Shown here: positions 37,513-48,647 of the stretch, piece by piece
How positions within the stretch are numbered: the stretch's first letter is position 1
How the letters are laid out: each line of letters opens with the position of its first letter
Assembly: GCF_964204865.1 (NCBI RefSeq)
Contig: NC_135251.1
Location: 22,010,001 to 22,074,000 of the forward strand
Direction of reading: 5' to 3'
DNA: 64,000 nucleotides
Source of the DNA: Styela clava
Lineage: Eukaryota
The notes under the pieces: model-generated
Databases searched by the model: none
What the model saw: the letters and a program-made list of their open reading frames with translations, nothing else
What the model was told of the DNA's origin: nothing
Translations under genes and position numbers: made by a program

Positions 37513-40482
37513 GGCCGCGAGCCGAGGCCCTGAAAAACGCCTAAAAAGTGAGTTTCGTAGCGCACATCAGGTAACTACCTGAAAATGATTTTAAAATGTA
37601 TCTTAAAAATTTAGTAACAAATATTGCCTTGTTCCCACTTCCAAAAGTTGCACGTTTTACGGAAAAGACGCTTTTACTACAAGAAATATGTGCTACGATC
37701 TGTCCTATATTCTCTACATTTTCGGCACTGAACAATGACTTCTGCATGACGTAACAATTGAATTAAACCAGCTGTTAGCGAGCGGATGAATATCAGTTAT
37801 TTCTGCTCGACCTTGCGCTGAGTTGGGCAGGCTTTCCATAGCCCTGTTTAGTTATTATTAGTTAAGTTATGCTAAGACGTTGTTGAAAAATGTATAAGTA
37901 AATTATTAAACACTTGTAGATCCTTACCACGGATATGGGCCGTGAGACGAAACCATGAAAACGCCCAGAAAATGAGTTTCGTAGCGCACATCTGGTAACT
38001 AAATAAATTCTTCAGTTTTGTGTGAAAACGAACATAATGAACGCCTTACAGCTTGTTCCACAATCCTGGTGCGAAATTGAATATAAGAGGTTCTCGGAAA
38101 TTCAATAACCATAAGTTTACAACGCATACATAAGAACTATACAATCCGAAAGCCCTACAGCACACTAACACAAATGTATTCCTGTAATGTTTTGCCTGAC
38201 CAAAATCGGACTTCCTCAGTCAATCATAATTTATTAGGTAGATTACGAAAAATATGGCATACATGTAACCAACAACAAAAAATACTTTAATTGTGTGACA
38301 GGAGTCGGGAGTGACCTCGAAAGCAGCGACACCAACAACGCTGATTCACATTTGAGAATAAATTTTATGTAATAACCACAAGCAGTTTACAACAAGAACA
38401 GCATAAAAAGCTACATCCATTTTATAGAAGCTATCAAGTATCAACCGTATTTATTTTTAAGCAATGAAGTCACAAATTAACATCGTGAGCACGAAAACAC
38501 AAATAAATCAGTTATTTCTCACTTAGAAATTTACCGCAAAAGTCAAGAAAATTAAATGAATGTACAATATGTACATAACATAGTGAACAGAAATATTACA
38601 ATTTACAATTAATCTTTTTTTAGTTTATGTGGTTATGTATTTGAACAAAGGCAATAATATTTCTAGAAACAGGACTACGACACTAACAAATGTCCGAAAA
38701 AAAAAACAAATGTATGATACTTATTAAATCAACTGTAATATCTAATTCACTTTCTTCTGAATTGTTTTCGAAATCCACTAACTCAAAAATCGACTTTTCC
38801 TCTATAGGTGTACTGTGACTTCTGCAGTCAATACAAAAACAAAAATCTGTGCAATTTAAGTTGATTTTGGCACACTTTCATAAATTATTTTGACTATTTT
38901 TCTTTGCAGTTTGCCAACTCAAGAACTGATTTGAGGGCCACATGCTTCTTCAGTGAATCATTGTTGGGTGGAGAGTATAATCCTTATGTTTGACAGTGTT
39001 AAATAGACGTGCCCTGGTACCGGTATCATTTACATTCTTCATATCCTCTTCAAATTCCTCAGCTTTATTTATTAATACCTCGTTAACCTCAAAAGATCTT
39101 CATAGTCGAGGGGAAAAAATGAATTGAAAATCTCAATGAAGTCTCCAACATGAATTTGATGGGCAGTTCCAATTGCAGAAAAGTGCTAAAGTATTTCAAT
39201 ATGAATAGCCCATCTAAGCTGTTTGCAACTATTATGATTCTCATATACCTTTAAGCTTCAAGACTTCTTGTTTAATCCATTTTATAGCACTGATAGCAGC
39301 AGGGATCAGAGCCTGCGTTAGGTCGGATTGGTGGAACATTGCCGTTTTCTTTTGTAGTACAGTATCTAAAATAAGGAAGAAAATAATATTTGGAGCAGCA
39401 TGATTTTAAAAATACCCCTAAATACTAACTAATACCTTGAATACATAATGCATTTTATCTGATGTACTAAATGAGCGTATATATGCTCATTGCATGTTCT
39501 ACAGTCCAGCAGTGTTTGCATACCATTACTAGACTATATCTACACTAAATTTTGATATATCACAGTCTGAAATGTCCTATGACAGTATAAGTATGGACTA
39601 TAGACTATATTTTGAAACATCAACTGTGTGTCTACAACTTCATTTCTCACCTCTCAATCATTTCCAATGCTACCTTTATTTCCACTCCGGCATAACTTAT
39701 CATTGCTTCCCAGGTTCTTGTCGACTCTATGAACTTAGATTTACCTAGACCAACCGACATTAGTAAAATTGATTAATTTCTTCTCTTTCACACAACCGTG
39801 CATTACAGAAACAGCCATTCATTTCTATTTCCAAATATGCTGTGGCCTATATAGTAGTATAAGTCTGCTGAATAGTCAAGAAGAGTCATTAAATTAATCA
39901 TAAACATTTCATGCAAGCCAGAAAATATCGTTGTTTGTGACATATTACAGTATTATTCTAGGTCTAGCCTTCCTTGGAGTTACCGCACCGTACCTATTTA
40001 ACAACGTCTTATGAGCTAGTGCTCAACTAAAATTGCTATTTATGGCAAGGATATACAAGTGTTTAATATCTTACCTATACTTTTCAACACCTCCTTAGAA
40101 TAACTGGACTAATATTACCGGCAACTGAAAAAAACTATGGAAAGGCTACTCAACGCAAAAGCGAGCAGTTGAGTACATCTGATATTCATCCGACCACTGG
40201 GGATCCACCTACAGCTGACTAACTTGACTGTTACGTCATGCAGAAGTCTGCGTTCATTGGCCCATGATACCGGAAAAGCAGAGAAAATAGGACAGATGGT
40301 AACACATATTTATTGTAGTAAAAGCGTCTTTTCTGTAAAACGTGCAACTTTTGGAAGTGGGAACAAGGCAATATTTGTTACTAAATTTCTAAGGAACATT
40401 TTAAAATCATTTTCAGGTAGTTACCTGATGTGCGCTACGAAACTCACTTTTTAGGCGTTTTTCAGGGCCTCGGCTCGCGGCC
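37513..40482. mobile_element. non-autonomous DNA transposon with long TIRs (~250 bp near-identical, degenerate to ~420 bp), probable TA TSD
   Basis: GGCCGCGAGCCGAGGCCCTGAAAAACGCCTAAAAAGTGAGTTTCGTAGCGCACATCAGG... at 37513 and its reverse complement ending at 40482, flanked by TA on both sides. Homology continues to ~37930/40041. An internal partial terminus copy sits at ~37937-38001. Confidence 0.85.
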
Positions 40483-41220
40483 TAACAGTGTGATCATTGA
40501 ATTATCTGATTTATATTTAAGTTTTCTAAACACAACTGAAAACTAACGAATAGAGTTCAAAATCGCGAAAAGCAAAATAATGTTTACAACCACGCTTGAA
40601 AATATGTCGGAGTGAGAAAAGTGTCTGAGCGAATTCGAAAAGAGGGCATTGTTACGTCACTTTTTGCATCTTGCTGATTGGCCAATGTCACGATGTAAAC
40701 AAAGAAGTCGATGCTCGGGGAAAGGTCCATTACATCGTTTTGCTAACACCAGTTGTGCTTTATTTATTACTTCCATTCATGAAGTCGGCTCTTTGGTGCC
40801 CTCGTGTCTCTACGGACAGTTTTGCGGTAAATTGAATTTTGTTTATTATTATATTGTCGTCGTCGCTCATTCGCAAAGTTATGTGTCACTGTACCCTCAG
40901 TGTAAGTAGGCTAATATCGCGCAAATGGATCATGAATGGAATGTGGACTAAAATTTATTTTATTTGTTTATTTATTTTTTACATATTTATTGAAATCACT
41001 CAATGAGTGAACCAATTAAAAAAAAAAAAAAAAATATCGCGAGGTGCAGATTGTTTAAAATAGGTGCCGTAGCTGGCTATTTCAAGTCAAAATTCGATAA
41101 TGCCATAGTTAAGTGGTCATTTTTAGATTGAGTATTTTGAATGTACATCATTCCGAAAGTTTAACAGTTGGGTTTACGTGAAACTAACTACGGCACCTTT
41201 CCTTGCTCTATACGGTATGT

Positions 41221-41510
41221 CAGGGCTACTCAACTACTTTTACCGAAGATCCGCATACAAAACTTCAAAATTAATTGGGTCCGTCTTTCCAGAATTTATA
41301 TAGTCTATCGGCATCCTTAAACGCATACTTCCTCGACCGGCTAATGATTGTTAGCTAATCCAAATTGCTTAATATGGAGTTATAGTTCTTTTCATATATA
41401 CTTTAAAAGTGGGGCTAATTATCTAAAATAAAGAATTAGGCTAGGTGCGGTCCGAATCAAATACTCGAAAGGTCCGAATTCGGACCACGGTCGCCAGTTG
41501 GGTAGCCCTG
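41221..41510. mobile_element. hAT-like MITE
   Basis: TIR CAGGGCTACTCAACT / AGTTGGGTAGCCCTG; no clear TSD. Confidence 0.6.
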
Positions 41511-41632
41511 CTCTTTCCTTCCTATGCGCAGGTGGATCCGTATGCGTATAACGCAAGGATGCTATAGCAAGAGTGAAAATAACTATTCTATTTAATTCAA
41601 GAGTCTTGCTGCACACTTACACAAATATATTT

Positions 41633-41674
41633 CTGTAACATTTCGTTTGACCAAGGTCAGACTTCTTTAGACAA
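41633..41674 (-). ncRNA. minimal hammerhead ribozyme-like motif (copy C, core mutated)
   Basis: Minus strand TTGT-CTAAAGA-A-GTCTGACC-TT-GGTCAAAC-GAAA-TGTT-ACAG. Confidence 0.45.
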
Positions 41675-42095
41675 TCATTTTGTATTTTCATTTCTGTCCC
41701 AAGCTCTGACATAATTCTTAACATTTTCCCACACGGGTAGCGAAGCGACTATGATTTTTCTTGTAGTTCATTTGAATATGTCTCGCATAGCATTTCTGTT
41801 CGGATTTGCTGTGTTTGGTATTGTTCACAAACTTATCACAACAATGTATCTATGGAACCAATTTACTGCCCGATTGTAAATCGCGTTTTTCTGTGTTTGT
41901 TTTGTTATTTTTTTTGTTTCAACTTTACTTAGAGTTAGGCCTACTGTATGCCCGTTGTTTTGTCCAACGAAGATAAATGATTGATTGATCATTTTCATTT
42001 GTAACTGGGAGGCGATATGTGCGTATTTGATATTAGATAAACCTGTGATTTTCTTTTTGTCTCAGTGATTTTAGATTACTGCTATCTAAACTGAA

Positions 42096-43076
42096 ATGGA
42101 AGACTTACTCAGATATGTGATGAAAAAGACCAGTGTCACGGTTTTGGAGCATCTGATTTTGGATTGGGGCAAGATCCCGTTGAAAACACTTGACTTTACT
42201 CTACAAAAGTCCATTTTTATGGAAAAGCTGATTAGTTTGTGTGATGAATATCGAATTTCATATAGCGACACAGCTAAATTGGATTTATTGCACACCATGA
42301 AGTTTCCAGAAAAATATACATGGATAGCACATAAACTTGTATTCAGGCATAGAAGAACCGCTGCCTCAATTACGGATTTAAAGCATTTTCAAAATCTTAT
42401 ATCAGAAACTTTGAACAAAACTACTATTTGTGATGTGGCAGCAAGGAAACACAAATATTCATTTTGGTGTAGAGTATCCAAACCAGAATCCCATAATGCT
42501 GTATACATAATACATTATCCAGAATCTTGTTATTTTTTAATGGCAAAGACTGGTACAGCCCTTATTAAATCAATTGTCTGTACAAGCCTCGCAGAGTGCT
42601 TAAATGCAGAATCATTTACAATGTTGCCTTTGGATGGTAAATGTCCAGACTCACTTGCAGAAATTCTGTTGCATCGTGATGAAAATGCATCACACCTATA
42701 TAAATATGATCAAGGGTATTATTTACCTCGGAAAATGGTCAAAACTTCTGAAAAAATAAACAAGAATGTGTGGACAGAAAATAAAGAACATAAAAAGAAG
42801 AATGAGAGAGCAAACACTGAGGCTTTTGGTCCATTCGTACAACCCGTTATGGAACATCTTACTGTAGATATTCACACAAAATTCAGAGGTAGAAAAGTAT
42901 TGCCTGAGTTGGCAAAGGATACAGTTGTTCATGGAAGACTAGAGTTTTCAGGTACCAACGTTTTACAGGGATTAAACAACTTGGCAAAAGAGAGTTTGGC
43001 AATCGTACCCATGCCATTTTACTTGACTAGTGTACCAAGTTTGGGTAAAAACTACATGAAAATTTATGATAAGTAA
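42096..43076 (+). CDS. CENPN: centromere protein N, intronless CDS
   Basis: 326 aa. N-terminus (LEHLILDWG...LDFTLQKSIFMEKLISLCDEYRISYSDTAKLDLLH...W) and C-terminus (AFGPFVQPVME...HTKFRG...LEFSGTNVLQGLNNLA...LTSVPSLGKNYMKIYDK) align with vertebrate CENP-N as recalled. Confidence 0.85.
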   Translation: MEDLLRYVMKKTSVTVLEHLILDWGKIPLKTLDFTLQKSIFMEKLISLCDEYRISYSDTAKLDLLHTMKFPEKYTWIAHKLVFRHRRTAASITDLKHFQNLISETLNKTTICDVAARKHKYSFWCRVSKPESHNAVYIIHYPESCYFLMAKTGTALIKSIVCTSLAECLNAESFTMLPLDGKCPDSLAEILLHRDENASHLYKYDQGYYLPRKMVKTSEKINKNVWTENKEHKKKNERANTEAFGPFVQPVMEHLTVDIHTKFRGRKVLPELAKDTVVHGRLEFSGTNVLQGLNNLAKESLAIVPMPFYLTSVPSLGKNYMKIYDK

Positions 43077-44543
43077 TGTTTAAAAATAGTATTGAACCAT
43101 TTTTTATACAAATAATTTGAATTGCTTTTATGCTTTTTTTATTTTGTGTTTTGTTCTATTTATGTAGATTATGTTAAATCGTTTTTTGTTTACATACCCT
43201 TTTATCACCTAATCCATAACAGACTGAAAATACCACAACTTTCTCAACAAAGTTACAAACTCTAAGACTACTTTAATTTTTGCTAATGTGTACTGGGTTT
43301 AAAATTGTTTCATTAGAATTGCGTACAAGTCTCTGGTTGTAGAGTTACAGTCAGTAGTATTTATCTACAACAGTAAGGTAGATGAATAAATAAGAGTCAT
43401 CATGGATTTGAGCCAACATCATTTTAAAAATCAGTCAACCTGGTGAATTTTTTAAATACAAACTGAGATTTGATTAAAATATCATGGTCACTTATTTATA
43501 GAAGACAGATGTTTTATTCTATGCTTTCCGAAGTAGTCAATGATGTTTCGCTCAATCCTTGTATTTAGAATCAATTGTCAATTCAGTACTTTCTACGGCA
43601 CTGCTAATAATATTATCATTGGTGTAAACCCATCATACATGCTTATTGACGACATCTCTGATAGTTGGCAAATTTCTCAATGAATCAAAAAATCACTGAT
43701 CATGGCTAGAATAACCAACCAAATGTCCTTCCTTGCGAATGCATTTTTGTTGATTTAGCTGGCAATCTAGATTGACCACAGCTCTCTACAGTTTTACACT
43801 AAATTCTTGTATTCACATGATAATCAAATTTAAAATTGCACAACATAACATATTACACATAAACATTGATTTCATCTGGATGAAGTGCTACAAGCACTGG
43901 GTAAATTCATTTCCTTTTCCACTGGTCATTTCCCCAGTGTTTCCTGAACCATAAGATAAGATATGACTTCCAATTAGAATTTTCCAGTACCGTTACACGT
44001 GCCATACACCTCTAGCTTTCAGTCTACAAGATTGCATAGGCATACTTGACATTGCCTAGTCCAGTTAAATACAGTGCATGATACAATCTATATACATAAT
44101 CATTTTACATACATACATTAAAAGAATTAATAAGTGCGTATCAAATAGATATGCTTCTACTAAAAAAGGGAAACCATCAATGCTGTTTGTTATAAATCTG
44201 AATTGCATTTTGGCACAAAACATGAACATCACCTCGACAATATTATCTTTGTGCAATACCATATTCCACTACATTTTACACCTATTGAATCAAAATAGGA
44301 CAATGGGCGCAATAACGAGGTAGGAGCTATGTACATTGCTCATATATGTATACGCTCAAAAGTTGCAGCATAACAGCCAATGTACCATAGTCTTTACTAA
44401 GTGACGAATGAAGCATTCCAATGTAAATTGAGGCCAATGATAAATATTCAAATAATAAAAATCTATTAATGTGTGCAAAGTAGTATCCCCTTCTATATCT
44501 ATGGGCAGCTTTGGTATAACATTACCAGCAAAGCTATAACATA

Positions 44544-45917
44544 TTATGCTTTTGATTTCTTTCTCTCCACCTGCCGTTCTTTACTTGATTTGTCGAACCA
44601 GGATGGGTCTTCTTTATAGCTCTTAGGAACTGAGAAAAAAGCATCGTCAAAATCGTTTCTAAACTGAAACTGTGGAAAGCTCACAGTGGCTTTTACCGTA
44701 GGGAAAATAGGTAAATCTATTCTGACTGGAAATCCTGGAGGCAATTTCATGGTCACAAAGTCTCTAAGTTTGGAGAATAGTTTAGCTTTTGGGCCAAGCG
44801 CTTCTAGGATAGGTAGCAGGTTTTCCAAAGTGACAGGGAATTCTCTACTCATTCCGAGTAGTGGTTCAAATGTTTTCATGCTCGTTTTCACTTTCGTTTT
44901 ACGACCTAAGCACTCGTAATCACCGGGTGGACTTTTAATATACTGATCCCAAGTCATCTCTGGTTTGGATGGAACGGGAAGAGATTTTCTCTTTTCGATC
45001 CCTCCTTCAGCTTCTTCCAAAACTTGTTCTGTATTTTCACCCCTACTGAAAGCATCTCTCAATGCCCTATTTTTACGTATATCTTCTTCAGAAAGATGTT
45101 CACGACGCTTACGAGTTTGAAAAGTAAGTCCTTTCAAGCGATAAAAGTCAGCTGGAAATTTGCCTATCTTTTCACATTTATCCTGTTTAAAAATCCAACC
45201 TTCTTGAACCCGATCCAAAATGACATCCCGAGTTTTTATCGAAGCATCTACAATGTCAGAGCTCATTGTGATATCAACTTCATCTTCGATAGTTGCTTCA
45301 CGTTCCTGTTGTGACACTTTTTTCATACGTTGATAGACCATTCTCTTATTGTCCATCAAAGTTATTTCCGGCTCGGGTTCTGTGCTGAAGTCAACAATGA
45401 AACTAATGTCTCCTCTTACCCATCGCATATCACTGAAGTCTTCCAGTGTGGAGTCCATTCTAACTTTGCTTCCCTGGCGATATATTAGGCATGTGTCTGA
45501 TGGGAGTATTCTTGAAACAAATGGAACCCAGCTTTGGAAATCCCAATGAAGTTCCATTTCAAAATCCCCACCAAGTTTATCCAGGGCGGAAAGCAGTTCA
45601 CTTCTTTTCTTCTTGATTGATTGCTTTCCTTGCTTACGCAATGCTTTGTATAATGAGGTCAAAATTTGCCTATCTCCATAACTTATTGCCTCTTGTAAAG
45701 GTGTCCAGCCTAATGTATTTTTTACAGCAATAGGATGATTGTGTTTTAGCAACAAGTGTGTGCATTCTTTATGTCCCAGAGATACTGATAAGTGCAAAGG
45801 TGTATTACCATGTAAGTCTTTCAATGAGTTGGGTGATAAGATATCTTTATCAGAATTAAGTAAAGATGATACTTCTGATATATTATCTTCATACACATAT
45901 TTGTGTAATGGATACAT
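44544..45917 (-). CDS. ANKRD13C: ankyrin repeat domain-containing protein 13C, intronless CDS
   Basis: YPLH...HGNTPLHLSVSLGHKECTHLLL...GWTPLQEAISYGDRQ...ELHWDFQSWVPFVSRILPSD...KLRDFVTMKLPPGFPV. No UIM tail, as in the C-type paralogue. First ATG is at 45917; the ORF track starts at an upstream TTG. Confidence 0.93.
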   Translation of the reverse strand: MYPLHKYVYEDNISEVSSLLNSDKDILSPNSLKDLHGNTPLHLSVSLGHKECTHLLLKHNHPIAVKNTLGWTPLQEAISYGDRQILTSLYKALRKQGKQSIKKKRSELLSALDKLGGDFEMELHWDFQSWVPFVSRILPSDTCLIYRQGSKVRMDSTLEDFSDMRWVRGDISFIVDFSTEPEPEITLMDNKRMVYQRMKKVSQQEREATIEDEVDITMSSDIVDASIKTRDVILDRVQEGWIFKQDKCEKIGKFPADFYRLKGLTFQTRKRREHLSEEDIRKNRALRDAFSRGENTEQVLEEAEGGIEKRKSLPVPSKPEMTWDQYIKSPPGDYECLGRKTKVKTSMKTFEPLLGMSREFPVTLENLLPILEALGPKAKLFSKLRDFVTMKLPPGFPVRIDLPIFPTVKATVSFPQFQFRNDFDDAFFSVPKSYKEDPSWFDKSSKERQVERKKSKA

Positions 45918-48647
45918 GTTAATTTTATCTGCATTTTTAAAAATAGAAGAGGATAGGTTAGAGTGATGTGATGCTAACAAAAAAGTAATAATGCGATTGT
46001 ATCCATATAAATCTATTTGAAATCATTTTGACACAAATTTGAAAGAGCTACCGTACAAAAACAACTGGCTGGTCGGTTCGAATTACAGAACTAGCTTCGG
46101 GCTTCAAATCATCCCTTGAATAGAATGTAACCTCAACTTCTGAAAACAAACAACTGGCTAATTCATCTCTAAGGGACTGGTGGGTAGCCAAATGATTAAG
46201 CTCTGCCATTTCCCTGTGTTGAATATGTAATTCTTATCCTTTCAGCCATGCTTTCGTTGCCAGCCTTTACAAGATGTTTACCGGTATATTGCTAGCACAA
46301 CTGCATAAGCACATTACAGTATATCAAACCGAACCCTGGTACCGACACCATCGCAAAGTTGTACTTGTAGCTAACTGCTTACCGGTAATTTCGGCTGGCC
46401 GTTACCTGTGACTGGGGGTAGATCAAAGTTGTCTATACCTTTATGTTGTATTTTCGTTTTATCATTATGTATGGTACTATATTACCTCTAATTTAATCAT
46501 GCAGTTAAAAATCACGAACTAAAAACCCCACGGAAGCCCCTAAAATTGTAGAATCGCTTTGTAGCCTCATAAAAGACAGCTGAGACGCCATAATAATAAC
46601 GGTGGTATGTGGAGTCAAAATACTGAAAATTCGGAGAAATTATGTAAGTGTGAACATTAATTGAGCTTTTGGCGACTTTCAGGCGTGAGTTGAGTATGAG
46701 ATATTACATTAAAATGAATCTCAAAAACTTGACATTGTAAAAATATCGTACCATATCATGTTGACATATGTACAATGAGTAGTGAGATATTTACAGGTGC
46801 TCCAAAAATTTCTTCAAGTAGAGAGAGAGAGAAAGAGATGTATTATTTTGTTAACTAAAAATAAAGTCATCGATACAATGAAAATTGACGGAAATAAAAT
46901 TGTTTTGCTAGGAAGGAAGCAACACAATCATCGATGCCAACACATGCCGACCATATTTGCTGGTGTGATCAGGTTGGGGCAAAGAAAATCAAATGAAATT
47001 TTTACGAATTTCTTAAACAAAATCGATGAATTCTTATGATAAATAACAATATATGAAAACATTCGATATGTGCAATATATATATAAACAATACAATCAGT
47101 GGATGAGGTGTAAGAGTAACGTGGTGAAGATGTGTCATCAGCATTAGAAATATTTAAATTCAACTCAGTACTATTACTAACGAATTTTCGCCAATAATAA
47201 AAACTACTATTACAAAACAATTGGAGAATAATTTTTTGATTGATCAACAAAAGTAATATTAATAATTTGAATAACAAAATATATGAATAGGGTACTATAA
47301 AAATGACTTTCATCTTCATTCTACCTTGACACAGAAATAAACTTGGAACTATTCGGAAAAGGCATAGGTCACGAGTGTACCACACATACCTATAGCAATA
47401 ACGATGTAATGAAATATTACAAATGATTTTTACTTCACCACTGCTCAATTATTTGGGGTGTTTATTTTGAGAGTTGGTGCGTACAAACCGATTTACCTTT
47501 TTCATTAACAAGATTTTTAATTCGACAACCAGCTTTCCAGAAGTACCTACTGTTAGCTAACTTTATTGTAGTCTATCGCGGATTCTAGGGTTTAATATTG
47601 AAATAACTGCAACTAAGCCAAATTCCCCGGAATACAAATTCACCATTTAGTTATTTATACCCAAATTTCGGATATTTATGAAAGCTCAACAAAGTGAATG
47701 TTCGCCCTGCCCTCTAAAATTCTTCCGGCACATTTCCTCCGCAAAATTGGGAAATCTGCGACGCTCATTTAAAGTATTATTGCGAGTTGGCGCGAACTCG
47801 GTTTATAAACACCATTTTGATTCAACTCAATTTTATGGTACTGACGTCCGCGCTAATTTTAGTGTGTAGCAGTCTTTCGGAATCAATTTCTTTACGACTG
47901 AACGGACTTCACTGAAGACAAATCGACCATTTATTTGATTTATACCTAAATTTCCGAAACAACTAAAAACTGACAACGCGGCATGTAAACACGAAAACGA
48001 GTTAACGTAACGTTTACAAGCATACATTGAAAAACAACAAGAGGGTAAGAAGCTGCTAAACTTCCAACTGCAACGTCGTCTTTAAAATCTTGCTGATGAG
48101 CAATGGAGCGCGGGGAAACCTGCATTCAGACGCTTAAAGCGTAAATATATTGGAATGCTTCATGTTATTCAGAGGGCTTGGCAGTCACGCACGTAATTAA
48201 TAAAACAAACTGATGCATGGTGACACGAACTCCAAGATCACTCTCCGCTTTCACACACTATTATAATCATTATTCATACATATTGGTCACTGACTGCATC
48301 AAAAAACCACTGTATGGACGTTCATCTTGATTTACGATTGCCTTAATGCAGTTTCAGCATGTGATATCCCACATTACATTTGTGGTTCTTGAATACAAAT
48401 TTTCTTCACAACTTGGGAATACAACTGGCCTAATTACAGGACAACACTTCAAATATCATATGCAATATCTTCTGCCCGAAAAGAAACAGATACGCTTCTA
48501 ACAGAGGGTGCACAGAACCTGTTATTTGGCACATAAAAGGTATAATTTCACAGAGATTGGCTAAAAAACTTGTGTAATACGAGTGAAAGAACACTTCTTC
48601 ATGCCAGTCTTGATGAAATTGAGATGGAAATCCATTCCTACAATTCA

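Noticed and set aside
37541-37747. Near-identical small ORFs at 37541 (-) and 40224 (+)
   Set aside because: They are the two TIRs of one transposon, not duplicated genes.
45918-45980. TTG-initiated N-terminal extension of ANKRD13C
   Set aside because: Overlaps a splice-acceptor-like tract; homology begins at the ATG at 45917.
48093-48130. CTGATGAG...GAAAC, a possible hammerhead
   Set aside because: No stem II closing next to GAAA.
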